Notes under the pieces: model-generated
Database searches by the model: none
What the model was told of the DNA's origin: nothing
Seen by the model: only the letters and a program-made list of their open reading frames with translations
Part shown: positions 11,245 to 22,000 of the stretch, one piece after another
Position numbering within the stretch: the first letter of the stretch is position 1
Layout of the letters: each line of letters starts with the position of its first letter
Source of the DNA: Macrostomum lignano
Lineage: Eukaryota
Length of the DNA: 64,000 nt
Direction: 5' to 3'
Assembly (NCBI GenBank): GCA_002269645.1
Contig: NIVC01000059.1
Span: 186,001 to 250,000 of the forward strand
Translations under genes and position numbers: made by a program

Positions 11245-12549
11245 TCAGCATTTGTGCGGCGAACCCCAGTAGGGCCTGATGATGAGGCCACCCAGGAGGG
11301 CGGCTGTGGCTGCAACGCCCAGCGCTACCATCAGCCGCTCGACAGACTTTGTTGCCACCATCCAATCCGATTGAATCTGGCCGGCGTCTCCATCCACTTT
11401 TCTAACGTTGGTCCGGCTATTGTCGCTATTTCCCGTCCGAACCGTCGCGTCGCTACCTTTCACGCACAGCAGACGGCCTAGAAACCGGACGAGAACGACT
11501 CTAAGGCAGGTTGGCATTCCATAATCTGCAGGCGTGAAGTGAAGTCGCATTGTCAAAGAAGTCAGTAGGAGAGATCCTGTGGACAGAATCATTGCAGACG
11601 TGATGAAATATGCAACAAATGGCAGCTTTTGTGACTTCGGTAGAATGCCGTCCAGGAGCAGTAGGAACACAGTGTAGCTGAGCATGATTGTGATGCCGAA
11701 TCCCAGCTTCTCACCGGACTCCAGTGGCACAAAGTACACCAGCACTTGAAGAACAGACAACAGTATGAGCGGTGCAATGATGTTCACGAAGTAATAATTT
11801 GATACTCGACAGATCTGAAGCCTTAATTCGTACGTTGGAAGCAGCGCCTTTCTCGAACCTTGAATCAGAGCGTACTCCTTGAACTCTGCAGACGTGGAGA
11901 AGTTCAGAAGTGTCCATTCGCTGCTCTTTTGGTATAGAACTAGCGGGTTATACGGAAACAGCTTGTTGACCTCAGGTTGTACCACAGAGTTGTGCCGTTC
12001 AGGATCGATGAAGCAGAATGATATAGAGCAGTCGTGCATGTCCACGGGAAACTGGCTTACGTCAAACTTGCACGTGAATTCGAATTCCCGACGCCATAGA
12101 GCCGTGACTTGGGTTAAGTTGGGTGATTGCGACGTTAGGAAAACTGGGGTTTTTGATTGCAGCACCTGATCCTGTCCTACACCGTTGTACATCAAAATCA
12201 AAGGGCTCCAGACTTCATCAGCTTTCCAGTTTATTACGGTGACATTACCGAATTTGCTCGAATTCCAAACCAGCCGCTCCTCTTCCCATTTTGCTTGAAG
12301 CAATGCGCTTACACGTATCGTCTGCTTCACCGTGTCGACCGCAGTTATGTGGGTTAGCAGAGTGTCCATCCTGACAGCAATTTTAGCTTTCGGCTCCACC
12401 TTGGGCGGGAGCAGGGGACTGTAATTGGTGATGTTGTTCTTCAAGTACTGTATCACGTTAGCCTGGTGGTCCGCCCAGCCAAAGCTGTTGCAGAAGAAAC
12501 AGACAGCAAGAACAGTAAGAACAGCTGACAAATTTCGTAGTGGAGCCAT
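11245..12549 (-). CDS. Intronless Cys-loop ligand-gated ion channel subunit, copy 3
   Basis: ATG at 12549 (MAPLRNLSAVL signal peptide), Cys loop CKFDVSQFPVDMHDC, same M2 protein sequence as copies 1 and 2. Confidence 0.92.
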   Translation of the reverse strand: MAPLRNLSAVLTVLAVCFFCNSFGWADHQANVIQYLKNNITNYSPLLPPKVEPKAKIAVRMDTLLTHITAVDTVKQTIRVSALLQAKWEEERLVWNSSKFGNVTVINWKADEVWSPLILMYNGVGQDQVLQSKTPVFLTSQSPNLTQVTALWRREFEFTCKFDVSQFPVDMHDCSISFCFIDPERHNSVVQPEVNKLFPYNPLVLYQKSSEWTLLNFSTSAEFKEYALIQGSRKALLPTYELRLQICRVSNYYFVNIIAPLILLSVLQVLVYFVPLESGEKLGFGITIMLSYTVFLLLLDGILPKSQKLPFVAYFITSAMILSTGSLLLTSLTMRLHFTPADYGMPTCLRVVLVRFLGRLLCVKGSDATVRTGNSDNSRTNVRKVDGDAGQIQSDWMVATKSVERLMVALGVAATAALLGGLIIRPYWGSPHKC

Positions 12550-14436
12550 GGCGCTAAGTTTTCTCTGCACGGATCAAAACAGTTCAGAGCTCCGCACACG
12601 CTTATCTACAGTTATATCCTAAATTAAATTATATTTTCGCTTTTTTCCTAGTGTTTGCGATCGATAGACTGCATACACGATCGCTAATGAAATGTTTGCT
12701 AATCGGCGGTCTCCATCATCTGCAACTGAGCCTTCCGACTCACAGTTAGAAAGCGCGATTGTCGTGTGAGTCTGTTTAAACTGCAATTTATTTGTCCGGC
12801 ATTATCCTGCGCAAACAATTGGCCATTAGCGTTGCCAAGCTGACAATTATCAGGTTCGCGACTTGGTTAAGGCAAACAGACGAACATGCGAGAACTCAGA
12901 GTAAATTGATAGGCTTAGAAACAGCTACGTGGGTAGAATTGCTTTATTATACAGTTTCACGTAACTCTTCAATGCTTTTGAGTTAACTGCAACTGCAAGT
13001 AAACAATTCATGTCAATCGTCTGTCACAAATTTACGGTGGAATCAGAATTGAATTGTTCCCAGATGACGCTGCACAAGTGCTCTATTTTAAGCCTCTACA
13101 GGTGCGCAGCGAAGATGCGTTTTGCCTTTAACTCTTCGTTTTCCGTTACGCCACTCCCAAAAGGTTTAGCTGCCTTCCTCTGTACTAGTTAGACACTTCA
13201 GTAGCTGGCCTTAAGTAGGTGAGAACCGCTCCTGCCATGCCTGTCAATTGGCTTCAATTGTCTTCGAGACATTTTTTACACAGTTACACAATTATTGTAT
13301 CACAAAACACCCCTCTGGTAGCCTAGTACGAGCGTATTCCCGCGGTAGCTTCTTCAATTCAAGAACTGATGCTTTAGTTGACTTTGAATCGATGGATGGA
13401 ATCGATTCTATTAGCATTGAAAAGAAGACAGTTTGGCAGCTGTCAGTTTGTGACATCTTGCTGGTTAAAATAGAAAAAAGCAATTCCTTCCATACTTAAG
13501 ATTTAGCCAGGTTCTTAACAAGATGCCGATTAGTATAAAATGTGACGCTTATTAGAGCCCTAACCAACGCGCACACACCTTAAATTAAATTAAAATTATT
13601 CTGAAGACTGAAGACATCGATGCTGAAACTCCTTATTAGAATAATCATCACCTGCTGCAGCGCTTCAGGGCCAACAGTCTGGGCCGCAGATGCTGAAGTG
13701 CAGATCACTAAGAGCCGTGGGCAACTGCTTTAGTTGGTCATGCTTCTATTCATAGATAGATTAGATAGATCTAAGATAGATTTATAGATAAGAAACTTAG
13801 CTCAAATCAATCTCATCCTCTCGATCTTTTGCTCCGCTGATTGCGTAACAATGTCCCAAAAATTCTTTCCCTGCATCGGCAGGTGTCGCCCAGCTCGACC
13901 AGCTCAGCCGGTCTCCGATGGGCCTCGGCCGCTACTTCCCCGTCTCCTGGGTCGTCCTCGGCAGCAGCGACACTGATCAGGGCCTGATGTCGCTCAGCTC
14001 AGGGTGCCCACCCGAACGGCGACAAATGAGTCCGGATCTACTTTCCTTTTAACTTCACGGTCACTGGCTTCCTGGTGTTTGGCAACAGCACCAGGGCGGA
14101 GAACCCGGGCCGGGTGACTCATTTCTCTGCTGGCCACTCGCCCAGGAAATCGCTGATGACCTCCTCGTCCGTGTACTTGTCTGACACCATTAATAACAGG
14201 GTGAGCCAGGCAGATTTCTCAAACCCTAAAAGCCTAGTCCAAAGTGTTTAGACATAACATTCACGCGTTTCCTCTGGACTTCTAATGGTTTAATGCGTTA
14301 ATCATAAAACAGTCTGTGGTTTCCATGCAGTCTCAGTGCTTTGAACTTTGACCATTGTTGCTTTGTAAGTGTTTCAGAATTTTCGTGGCGACTGCTTTAA
14401 CTGTTAGCTGTTGATAGGCGTTTCTAAGGTTTCTCG

Positions 14437-14975
14437 TCGGTTCTTAGGATGTTTCGTCTGTCCTAAAGATGTCTCGTCGGTTCTAGGATGTCTCTCCCGG
14501 TTCTAGGATGTCTCGTGGGTTCTAGGATGTCTCGTTGGTTCTAGGATGTCTCCTCGGTTCTAGGATGTCTCGTTGGTTCTAGGATGTCTCGTTGGTTCTA
14601 GGATGTCTCGTTGGTTCTAGGATGTCTCCTCGGTTCTAGGATGTCTCCTCGGTTCTAGGATGTCTCCTCGGTTCTAGGATGTCTCCTCGGTTCTAGGATG
14701 TCTCCTCGGTTCTAGGATGTCTCCTCGGTTCTAGGATGTCTCCTCGGTTCTAGGATTTCTTCTCGGTTCTAGGATGTCTACTTGGTTCTAGGATGTCACC
14801 TCGGTTCTAGGATGTCTCGTTGGTTCTAGGATGTCTCCTCGGTTCTAGGAAGTCTCCTCGGTTCTAGGATGTCTACTTGGTTCTAGGATGTCACCTCGGT
14901 TCTAGGATGTCTCGTTGGTTCTAGGATGTCTCGTTGGTTCTAGGATGTCTCCTCGGTGCTAGGATGTCTTGTTGG
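14437..14975. repeat. 19-bp minisatellite GGTTCTAGGATGTCTC(CTC/GTT)
   Basis: Direct tandem repeats visible. Confidence 0.95.
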
Positions 14976-15123
14976 TCAATCCGACTGGACTGATTTGTAC
15001 CATGCCTATCCACCCAAACTTGTGTACCCAGTTTTGTAATTAACTTTTAATCCTTTGTCAAATGTTACAACTTCTCGAATCAATATATAAGAACAACTTC
15101 TTACTTCGTTTAATAAATTTTTT

Positions 15124-15165
15124 GAGCCCTGACGATGTCCATTGTGGATGAAATTCATCGGCATT
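15124..15165 (+). ncRNA. Candidate minimal hammerhead ribozyme (Penelope-type remnant)
   Basis: GCC-CTGACGA-T-GTCC-ATTGT-GGAT-GAAA-TTC-ATC-GGC: conserved core CUGANGA and GAAA, stem II, NUH triplet ATC, 3-bp stem I. Confidence 0.4.
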
Positions 15166-15247
15166 GTTAAAACCGAATACTCGTATAGTTAATGTTGATT
15201 ATTACTTTCATTTACTTACTTTTCGTCAAGCAAGCTAAATTACCTGT

Positions 15248-15850
15248 ATTCTATTCTATTCTATTCTATTCTGTTCTATTATATTCTGTTCTATTCTGTT
15301 CTATTCTATTCTATTCTATTCTATTCTATTCTATTCTATTCTATTCTATTCTATTCTATTCTATTCTATTCTATTCTATTCTATTCTATTCTATTCTATT
15401 CTATTCTATTCTATTCTATTCTATTCTATTCTATTCTATTCTATTCTATTCTATTCTATTCTATTCTATTCTATTCTATTCTATTCTATTCTTTTCTATT
15501 CTATTCTATTCTATTCAATTCTATTCTGTTCTATTCTATTCTATTCTATTCTGTTCTATTCTATTCTGTTCTAATCTGTTTTATTCTATTCTGTTCTATT
15601 GTATTCTATTCTGTTCTATTCTATTCTATTCTATTCTGTTCTATTCTGTTCTATTCTATTCTATTGTATTCTATTCTATTCTATTCTATTCTATTCTATT
15701 CTATTCTATTCTATTCTATTCTATTCTATTCTATTCTATTCTATTCTATTCTATTCTGTTCTATTCTGTTCTATTCTATTCTATTCTATTCTATTCTATT
15801 CTATTCTATTCTATTCTATTCTATTCTATTCTATTCTATTCTATTCTATT
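15248..15850. repeat. (ATTCT)n microsatellite
   Basis: Direct pentamer repeats; source of the spurious YSILF ORFs. Confidence 0.98.
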
Positions 15851-15994
15851 AGCCATCGCTTTGTTCCACCAAAGGCATTCCTTTCACATACAGTGCAAGT
15901 ACTTCTTAAAATTCAGAATTACACAGAATATTGCATCCAAATTGCTTATTGAGCACTATGAGTAGCATGCTAAAATAAAGTATTTATAAGTATG

Positions 15995-16278
15995 GGGCAA
16001 AGCAGCTCAGTGGCAAACGTGTCTGACTTTTGCGCCACGAACCAACCCTGATTCGATTCCGTGCCAGGCTGCATTTATTTTGGGCTTGGGCACGAAAATT
16101 AGCCCACGGAGTTGTCGCGTGATTCGGTCACTTCCCATGACGGCCAGAGCCACGGCGCAGAGAGAGTACATGCCTTGGACGATTAGAAAGTCAAAGGGCC
16201 GCGCTGTACAGCCTGTGTGAGCGTGTGTACGAGTGTGTGCCTGTGTGCAGTATTAGCGCAGCAGCAGCAGCAGCAGCT
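15995..16278 (+). mobile_element. tRNA-derived SINE with (CAG)n tail
   Basis: A-box-like AGCTCAGTGG near 16004, B-box-like GATTCGATTCC near 16049, homology to 4990-5260, ends in GCAGCAGCAG repeats. Confidence 0.65.
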
Positions 16279-16685
16279 TCTGGCTGTCCTACCTGCTGGT
16301 GGCTGGTGAAGACTTTACTAATCTGATGCACGGCCTGGAATGACAGCTGAAATTTCTGGACACTGGCGCAACTCAAACTCGATTAAGACCAAAATTTCAG
16401 GTGTGTTGAAGAATTCAGTATTACTTGTGCTACTGGTGGCCCATTTAAAATAAAGCATAGTTATAGTAAGTTATTCTATTGATAAGTAGAGAGTGTGGCA
16501 TGGTCGGCAAAGTAATTTCGCTGTACGAGAAAGCCAGGATATATAAGTTGGAGTTCTGTTCAACTATAGCGTCTGTAACTACCCCGTAAATCAGTCATCT
16601 ACATGTACACTAACGAGACCTAACGAGTCTAAAGTTTCACTTCGTCGGCGCATCAGAAAAATTAACTGTTGACTCCGTGCTAGTC

Positions 16686-16857
16686 TGTCCTAAATGGTTG
16701 GATGGCGTCATTGCACAGCTGCTGGTACCCGGTGGAAAACCGAGTTACCTGGACCGGTGCCAACCAGCTCTGCTCCGAGCACACCTGGGGCGGCGTCAGG
16801 GGCCGCCTGTTGGACGCCAAGACTGCCGTGGAACGCAGCTTCATCACGCCACCTTGA
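16686..16857 (+). pseudogene. Frameshifted C-type lectin domain fragment
   Basis: Removing one base at 16692-16695 gives CPNGWMASLHSCWYPVENRVTWTGANQLCSEHTWGGVRGRLLDAKTAVERSFI, the CPxGW..SCY..W..A...C...L start of a C-type lectin fold; in-frame TGA at 16855. Confidence 0.55.
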
Positions 16858-17474
16858 ATGCAAAATGAACCAGAGTGTGAACAAAACCCCCGAAAGCTTG
16901 GCTCAGTAACGATCCAGTTATTCTAGTATGTATCGGGGATATTTTGGGAATGGGAAGTTAAATAAAAAGTCTATAATCGAATTGATAGCAATCAATAGGG
17001 ATCTGAATATTAGCTATTATAAATGGATATGATGTAATTATGCCTGGTTTCCCAATCCAGGTATTCGTGCTCTTGGACAAAGGAATTCTAAGAGATATTT
17101 ATTTCTTTAGAAGTGCCAAAATCTTGTAGTAGCCTGCATAGGAAAAAATCGAAGGTTCTAGATACTTACTAAAAATATGTAATTCCGTTTTTTATTCCTT
17201 TTATTTTCAACCTGCAATTCGTTTTATTTTGAAGCTAAAAGTAGAAATCATACAAATTATGACAGGCTATGGAGAGGCTACGTTTAGCCATGACAGTTTA
17301 GTGCGAAATTCCAACCACTGCCCTCTGTATAGGCAAACTCTGGAGCAGTTTAACAGTGGATGGCAAATCAATGCAATCTAGCATGGTTTGTAAAATCGAA
17401 AGATTATTTAAAAAATCGCTGAAATGCAATACAATCCTGCTAAATTGGTCACACCATAGAAATTTTAACATATT

Positions 17475-17670
17475 GGGCCGTATGCAGAAAGCTCTGTCTA
17501 GGGTAGTCCGGTCTTGAAAAGCTAGTCTGGACTTGGATTTGGTATGCAGAAACACAAAGTTAGACCGCGATCTATTATAGACAGAACTAAGGTAGCTAGA
17601 CCATAGACTATAGACTGAACTACCCAAGTCCGGACTAGCTAGTCTGGACTAAGCTTTCTGCATACGGCCC
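17475..17670. mobile_element. PIF/Harbinger-like MITE
   Basis: 19-bp TIR GGGCCGTATGCAGAAAGCT / AGCTTTCTGCATACGGCCC; 3-bp direct flank ATT on both sides. Confidence 0.8.
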
Positions 17671-17857
17671 ATTAAGTTTCACTTACTGAAGTAAATGCAC
17701 TTTGAAAGTTAAATGTCCCCAAAAATGTCTCCAAAGATTTCCTTGGTTGTTAGACTGATGCAGACTGTAGTGGAGCTGGAGATACACAAGTTCCTTTCAG
17801 GGCTTGCAAATTGGCCAGAAAGATGACATGATCAAAGCATGAGAACAGCCATGAGAG

Positions 17858-18359
17858 TATTGGTTTTGTCAGCCTAACTGAGAATAAAGCCATCCAAAAT
17901 TAGAATCCTGCCTACGCTGACTGCGAAGGGCCTGGCTGCGTGCAGCCTTAGTCTATGGGCCATAGACAATAAAGGACAAGCAAAGTGATAAAAAGCCATC
18001 CAAAGTGAGAATCGATTGGTCTATGCGTCGTATTCTTTTATTTTTATACCTTCTGAGCCATATGACTAGCCAATAGCTTGAACGGAATAACGGAAACAGG
18101 AACACACTGGATGATACAGTACAGTAAAGTAAAGAGTTAAAATCTCATATGGCTCATAGACTAGGCTGGACGCAGCTAGGCCCTTCGTATTCAGCGTAGG
18201 CAGGATTCTCACATTGGATGGCTTTTTATCACTTTGCTTGTCCTTTATAGTCTATGGCCCATAGACTAAGGCTGCACGCAGCCAGGCCCTTCGCAGTCAG
18301 CGTAGGCAGGATTCTCACTTTGGATGGCTTTATTCTCAGTTAGGCTGACAAAACCAATA
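17858..18359. mobile_element. MITE with long TIRs and TA flanks
   Basis: TA-TTGGTTTTGTCAGCCTAACTGAG ... CTCAGTTAGGCTGACAAAACCAA-TA; about 150 bp of inverted homology with internally repeated subunits. Confidence 0.85.
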
Positions 18360-18459
18360 CTGCATACCCACAAACTGCAGCTTTCGAAGCAGGGGTCTGT
18401 AGACTGTTACCTCAAGGGCCAGATAAGAATCCAGCTCATGGATGCGGGCCAGATGAGAG

Positions 18460-18940
18460 TGGAAAGGAGAGGGAATAGATGATAAGAAAAGAGGATCGAG
18501 AGAGGCGAGAGAGGTGATGTGAGAAAATATAGAAGATAAAAGGAGAGAAAAGGGGAGTGAGGAGAGAGGGGGGAGAGAAGCGAGAGGACAGGAGAAAGAG
18601 GGGGAAGGGAGAGGGAGGAGAGAGGAGAGGACCGGGAGAGAGAAGAGAGGAGAGAAGAGGGGAGAGAGAAGAGGAGAGAATAGACAGGAGAATAGATAGC
18701 AGAGAGCAGAGATGGGAGGAGCGAATAAAGAGAGGAGAAAGAATAGAGGAAGAGATGAGAGAGGTGAGGGGAGAGAAGAGAGGAGAGAAGAGAGAGAAGA
18801 GAGATGAGATAGTAGAGATAAGAGAGAAGAGCGAAGAGAGATGAAAGGAGAGAAAAGGGGAGAGAAGAGAGGAAGAAAGGAGAGAGGAGAAAAAAAGAGA
18901 CGTGAGAGAAAAAGAGTTCAGATAAGAGGGGAGAGGAGAT
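18460..18940. repeat. Polypurine (GA-rich) low-complexity tract
   Basis: Almost only G and A on the + strand. Confidence 0.9.
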
Positions 18941-19099
18941 TGCCAGCTGATTGGGGGGTGGGCAGCAATCTCTATCACTTCACCATTTTACTTAAGAGTT
19001 ACAAATTAATCCCATCTCCTTACTTAAAAAAATTTCAGTTAGATTACTATATACTTTGTAGTAGGGGGGGGGGGGTTAGTTCAAGCAGTTTTGCTAAAG

Positions 19100-22000
19100 G
19101 CTTAGTGACTTTATGTCGGTGGTGAGCATGCTGTTGCCCCTGATCACCCGCTCTCTGACTCAAGTGGTTGTGCAGGCCCTGTCCCGACCGCCTGGGGAGG
19201 TCCTCACTGTGGAATCAACCAGTAAAATGGTTGAGGACATTGTGCGGGCTGCACTCCAGGAAGTGCCGGGCATGGCCGGCGCGACCACTGAGTCCTAGTC
19301 TCAGGCAGCTAAACTCAAGACTTGAATTGAAACTTCAGTGCGTTAACTGTAGACTCAAACAATCAAACCACAGCCCTGAAGATTATGCACCTAAACTGCA
19401 GGGGATTCAACCCGAAAATCAGAGAGCTGACACAGTGGGTCGTCAGTCAGGAGCTAGACATTGCCCTCTTCTCTGAGACCATTCTCAAAAGTTGTCACAC
19501 TGTCCAGATTCCCGGGTACTCCATCATTCGGTATGATACCCCGCAAGTCAAACGCGGGCTTCTCCTTGCCCACTCTCCTCGCGTCAAACTCACAAATGTG
19601 CGCTTGCAGTATGACAATGTCAACCATGAAGCCATCTCTTGCACCGTGAGCTTGTCTGACAACTCTGGTCCTGACTTCAATCTTGCTCTGGTGTACAGGT
19701 CTCCAGCACCGTATCATCTGAACCTGAACCTACTCAAAAATCTTCTCTCCCGTAGGCGCAGTGTGCTCATGGGTGACCTCAATGCCAGACACCGCTTCCT
19801 CGGGGGTGACAGCAGCAACAACATGGCTGGCTACCAGCTGCACGACTGGCTGTCTGAGGGCCCCACCTCGCCCACCATTCTCAATCAAGCCGGTCAGTTC
19901 ACCAGACTGGCCACCAAAAACGGGCTGATTTCTAGGAATGTCTTGGACCTCGCCCTGGCCACTGAGGACTTTCTCCCATTTGTGCAGGACTTTGAGGTGG
20001 GTCCTGACCTGGGCAGTGACCACTTACCCATAATCCTCACGCTCAATATTCAGTCGAAGAAATGGGCTGGTCCCCCCAGACCCAAAAACTTCTCAAAAAC
20101 AAACTGGGACGAGTTCAGACTCAAAATCAGTGAAGCTTTGAGCTCAGATCAGAATATTAAATTATCAAATGCTGACCAAATCAATGCCGAAGTGGATCAC
20201 ATCACAAAGGCCATTCACACCGTGATTGACTCCACAGTACCAGACTGTGGTGCCAAAAACGCCCTACCCAAGTACATCCTCGACCTGATCAAAGAGTGCA
20301 GACGACTCAGACGCCTCTTCTTCAGCACACGGGATCAAAATTTCAAAACCCAAGCAAACCAGCTCGCAAATCGCATAAAAAGAGAAATTAGCGCCTTCCA
20401 GAATGGAAAGCTCACCAAAGTCTGTGAGAGCATTGTTGAAAATAGCAAGAACAAGAAAGTGAAGAATTTCTGGCACGACACTAAAAAGCTGATGGGCAAA
20501 TTTAAGCCAACCTCCATCCCCAGCCTCACCCTGGGTCAAACAACTGCGCACACAGATCTGGAGAAGGCTAACCTTCTAGCCGAAACTCTGGACTCAAAGA
20601 TGCGCCCAGTCCCTTCCACATGCGAACAGCTCAAACGTGAGGTGGCCGAGGTGGCACAGCTCACCTCATTCTACCCCGTTCCTGAGGGAATCGAACCCAT
20701 TGAGACCCACCCACTTGATGCTGCATTCTCTGTGGCAGACACAGTGTGGGAACTGGAGCACCTCAGGCCTGATGGAGCACCCGGGCTGGACAAGATTCCC
20801 AACTGCGTCCTCAAGCTGGGCTTAGAGGGGGTGGCAATCACGAGACTCACTAACCTCTTCAACGCCTGCTACGGTCGAGGGATTTTCCCCAGCGCCTGGA
20901 AGAAAGCTGTGGTGACAATGATCCCCAAGCCGGACAAACCGCCCGAACACCCCAACTCCTACAGACCAATCAGCCTGACCTCATGTCTGGGCAAAGTGTT
21001 TGAGAAGCTTATAGCAAAAAGACTCACCAAGCACCTTGAGGATAATAAGACCCTAGGAGATGACCAATGCGCCTACCGCAAAATTCACTCCACGTATGAC
21101 AACCTGTGCCGTCTGGCACAAGATGTCATGGTAGCAAAGTGCAAAGCTAAAAAGTCCGCTGCAGTCTTCCTGGATGCAGAGGCAGCTTTTGACTCCACCT
21201 GGCACGACAAGATCAGGCATAGCATGCTCACCGATGGTTTTCCACCTATGCTCATGCGAATCCTGTCTGACTACCTGCGAGACAGACAGATCCAGGTTCG
21301 AATCGAGGGGGCCCTAAGCGATCCCCACACCATCCAGGCTGGCGTCCCTCAGGGAGGCATTCTGAGCCCTCTCCTGTACCTCCTCTTCGTCAGCTCAATG
21401 CCGACTCCTAATATCTCAAGCGTCAAACGCAGTCAATTCGCAGACGACATGGCCGTCTGGGCCTCAGCAGACACCTTTGCGGGGCTCCGAACATCCCTTC
21501 AAAGCTACCTCAGACGAGTCTTTGACTGGTGCGGTAAACAGGGCATTAGACTGAATGCCGGTAAAAGCAAAGCAATCGCTTTCAACTACAAACCCACTAG
21601 GCGCATGGACTTGCGACCCAAACTGTATCTGGGGGACACTGAGGTTCCGTACTGTCAGGAGGTGAAATTCCTGGGTGTCCTCCTTGACCAGAGCCTCTGC
21701 CTGAACAAACATGTGGACAACATGGCAGATACCAGCAGAGCCATTGTAATGTCACTGTGCAGAATTGCAAAAATGACTAAGCTGAGTAGCACCACCCTCA
21801 GAATGCTGTACAGGGCATACGGAGAAAGCGCTCTCACCTACGGAGCGCCAATCCTGAGCCAAATTTGTGCGACTAACCAAATCAAATTGCAAAAAATTCA
21901 AAACCTGGCTCTCCGTATCTGCTATGGTGTGCCATCCTACATCAGCATTGAATACCTGCACAAGCTGGCAGGTATGCCGATGCTCGCAGACAGGGTCAAG

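Noticed and set aside
6328-12549. Bacterial (GLIC/ELIC-type) horizontal origin of the intronless channels
   Set aside because: They have the eukaryotic Cys-loop disulfide, an M3-M4 cytoplasmic loop and nAChR/5-HT3-like M2.
13600-13640. Hammerhead-like CTGAAGA..GAAAC (and CTGACGATTAGAAAG near 5175)
   Set aside because: No valid stem III/NUH or stem II; the 5175 motif is not conserved in the second SINE copy.
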